In this document: positions 62,131 through 64,000 of the stretch, in pieces
Position numbering within the stretch: position 1 is the stretch's first letter
Layout: every line of letters begins with the position of its first letter
Source: Macrostomum lignano
Taxonomy: Eukaryota
Length of the DNA stretch: 64,000 nucleotides
Direction: 5' to 3'
Assembly: GCA_002269645.1 (NCBI GenBank)
Contig: NIVC01000067.1
Coordinates: 310,001 to 374,000, forward strand
The notes under the pieces: model-generated
Databases searched by the model: none
Told to the model about the DNA's origin: nothing
Seen by the model: only the letters and a program-made list of their open reading frames with translations
Translations under genes and position numbers: made by a program

Positions 62131-62580
62131 ATCAGACTCAGAGCTTTATGACTAGACTCAGAGCTTTATGATCAGACTCGGAGCTTTATGATCAGACTCA
62201 GAGCTTTATGACTAGACTCAGAGCTTTATGACCAGACTCAGAGCTTTATGACCAGACTCAGAGCTTTATGACCAGACTCAGAGCTTTATGACCAGACTCA
62301 GAGCTTTATGACCAGACTCAGAGCTTTATGACCAGACTCAGAGCTTTATGACCAGACTCAGAGCTTTATGACCAGACTCAGAGCTTTATGACCAGACTCA
62401 GAGCTTTATGACCAGACTCAGAGCTTTATGACCAGACTCAGAGCTTTATGACCAGACTCAGAGCTTTATGACCAGACTCAGAGCTTTATGACCAGACTCA
62501 GAGCTTTATGACCAGACTCAGAGCTTTATGAACAGACTCAGAGCTTTATGACCAGACTCAGAGCTTTGTGACCAGACTCT
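62131..62580. repeat. 20-bp minisatellite (CAGACTCAGAGCTTTATGAC)n
   Basis: Direct observation; shares TATGA.CAGACT with the adjacent 24-mer. Confidence 0.95.
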
Positions 62581-63057
62581 ACAACAAGAATAGACGTGTA
62601 AAATCATAAAAAGATTACAGAAGATCCATTAGCACTGGCTTCTGCTGTTTAAAAGCCATTTTAGACATTAGGACTGAAGCCACCGCGGATTAGAAATCGC
62701 AAATTCTAGGAAATATTTGCTTGCTACCAACTGTATCGAATTAAACTCGAACGCAGATGTCCAGAAATTGATTCTAATTGTGGATAATCTGTCAGTGAAT
62801 TTTTGTTTATTTTTAGTCAAGAACAGTCTTGACTTTGCTACATTAAGTAGCTGATCTGATCAAAATAGATTAATGGGTTTATTGCTGCCTTATCAGAATG
62901 GCAATATTCAGGCACTTGCTCCCCTGTCCACCTGTCAAATATCTACTTCTTCCAGTCACACATCCATTTTCCCCAGTCACGCATCTACTCGTCCAGCCCT
63001 TCCTCCTAGCAGTGAAGTATTAATGAATCAGTGATCTTGTGCTCTCACTCAAAATAC

Positions 63058-63495
63058 AACTCTGTCACTCAGAATGCCACTCTGTCACTCAGAATGTCAC
63101 TCTGTCACTCAGATAGTTACTCTGTCACTCAGAATGCCTCTCTGTCACTCAGAATGTCACTCTGCCACTCAGAATGCCACTCAGAATGTCTGTCACTCAG
63201 AATGTCACTCTGTCACTCAGAATGTCACTCTGTCACTCAGACAGTTACTCTGTCACTCAGACAGTTACTCTGTCACTCAGAATGCCACTCTGTCACTCAG
63301 ATAGTTACTCTGTCACTCAGAATGCCTCTCTGTCAATCAGAATGTCACTCTGCCACTCAGAATGCCACTCTGTCACTCAGAATGTCACTCTGTCACTCAG
63401 AATGCCGCTCTGTCACTCAGACAGTTACTCTGTCACTCAGAATGCTGCTCTGTCACTCAGAATGTCACTCTGTTACTCAGAATGCCGCTCTGTCA
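63058..63495. repeat. degenerate 20-bp minisatellite (CTCTGTCACTCAGAATGYCA)n
   Basis: Direct observation. Confidence 0.9.
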
Positions 63496-64000
63496 GCCTA
63501 AATGCAACTATCACTCTGAATATCCCGCTGTCCCTATAATTGTAACCATCACTCTGTCACGGCCCTTACTCCAAATCCCTCATTCATCACTCAATCTCTG
63601 TCCCTCAATTGATTTGAGTTCAGTTTTTCGACAACAAAAACACAAACAGGTTTTTTTCTGGCGCATTGCTGACGAGCTGCAGAAATTAATCATTCTGCGG
63701 CTCACACAAAAAGCAATTAGCTCCATCGTAATAAAATATGCATGCGATTTCCGAGGCAGAACTGAATTGCACTGACGACTTTCGAGTTAATAGCGTGAAA
63801 GCAAAGGATTAGTGAGAGATGAGGGAATGGGGGGAAGCGGATTACGAACTCTTTTGTCGCGAGAATTTTCCTCAGTTCGACCAGGAAAGAATTCACTCCC
63901 TCTTCCCTTTGAGGAGGGTTTCGCCTTCCACCAGCCTACCTAGACTCCTGTGAGAGCAATTATAATATGGAACTCACCAGTTCGAGTGCTTTTTAACAAA

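Noticed and set aside
60449-63775. STLFY, YDQTGNW and CHSE repeat ORFs
   Set aside because: Translations of 10-, 24- and 20-bp minisatellites

Overview
Repeat-dense eukaryotic DNA, inferred to be from an invertebrate animal (GT-AG introns, animal-type transposons). I found no ordinary host gene, tRNA, rRNA or CRISPR array. Left third: satellites (24, 45, 148, 18 bp units), two MITEs with TSDs, and a three-exon pogo-family DD35D transposase gene (15359-20933) whose product is fused to an OTU deubiquitinase-like domain. Middle: two different Polinton/Maverick (adintovirus-like) endogenous viruses side by side. Polinton 1 (~27.2-38.7 kb) is partial: RING, PLA2, integrase, core protein, pPolB, adenain protease. 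Its pPolB is split after codon 13 by a 3554-bp non-autonomous Helitron. Polinton 2 (38665-56913) has both ~570-580-bp TIRs, each beginning with a ~100-nt self-folding palindrome. It carries a pPolB with a degenerate proofreading domain, a primase-D5 helicase, RING, a discoidin-tipped fibre-like protein, protease, penton, packaging ATPase, major capsid, a PLA2-integrase fusion and a restriction-endonuclease-like gene. Right end: a Harbinger-like element with a fold-back Myb/SANT region, then more minisatellites. All family assignments come from motifs read by eye; no searches were run.
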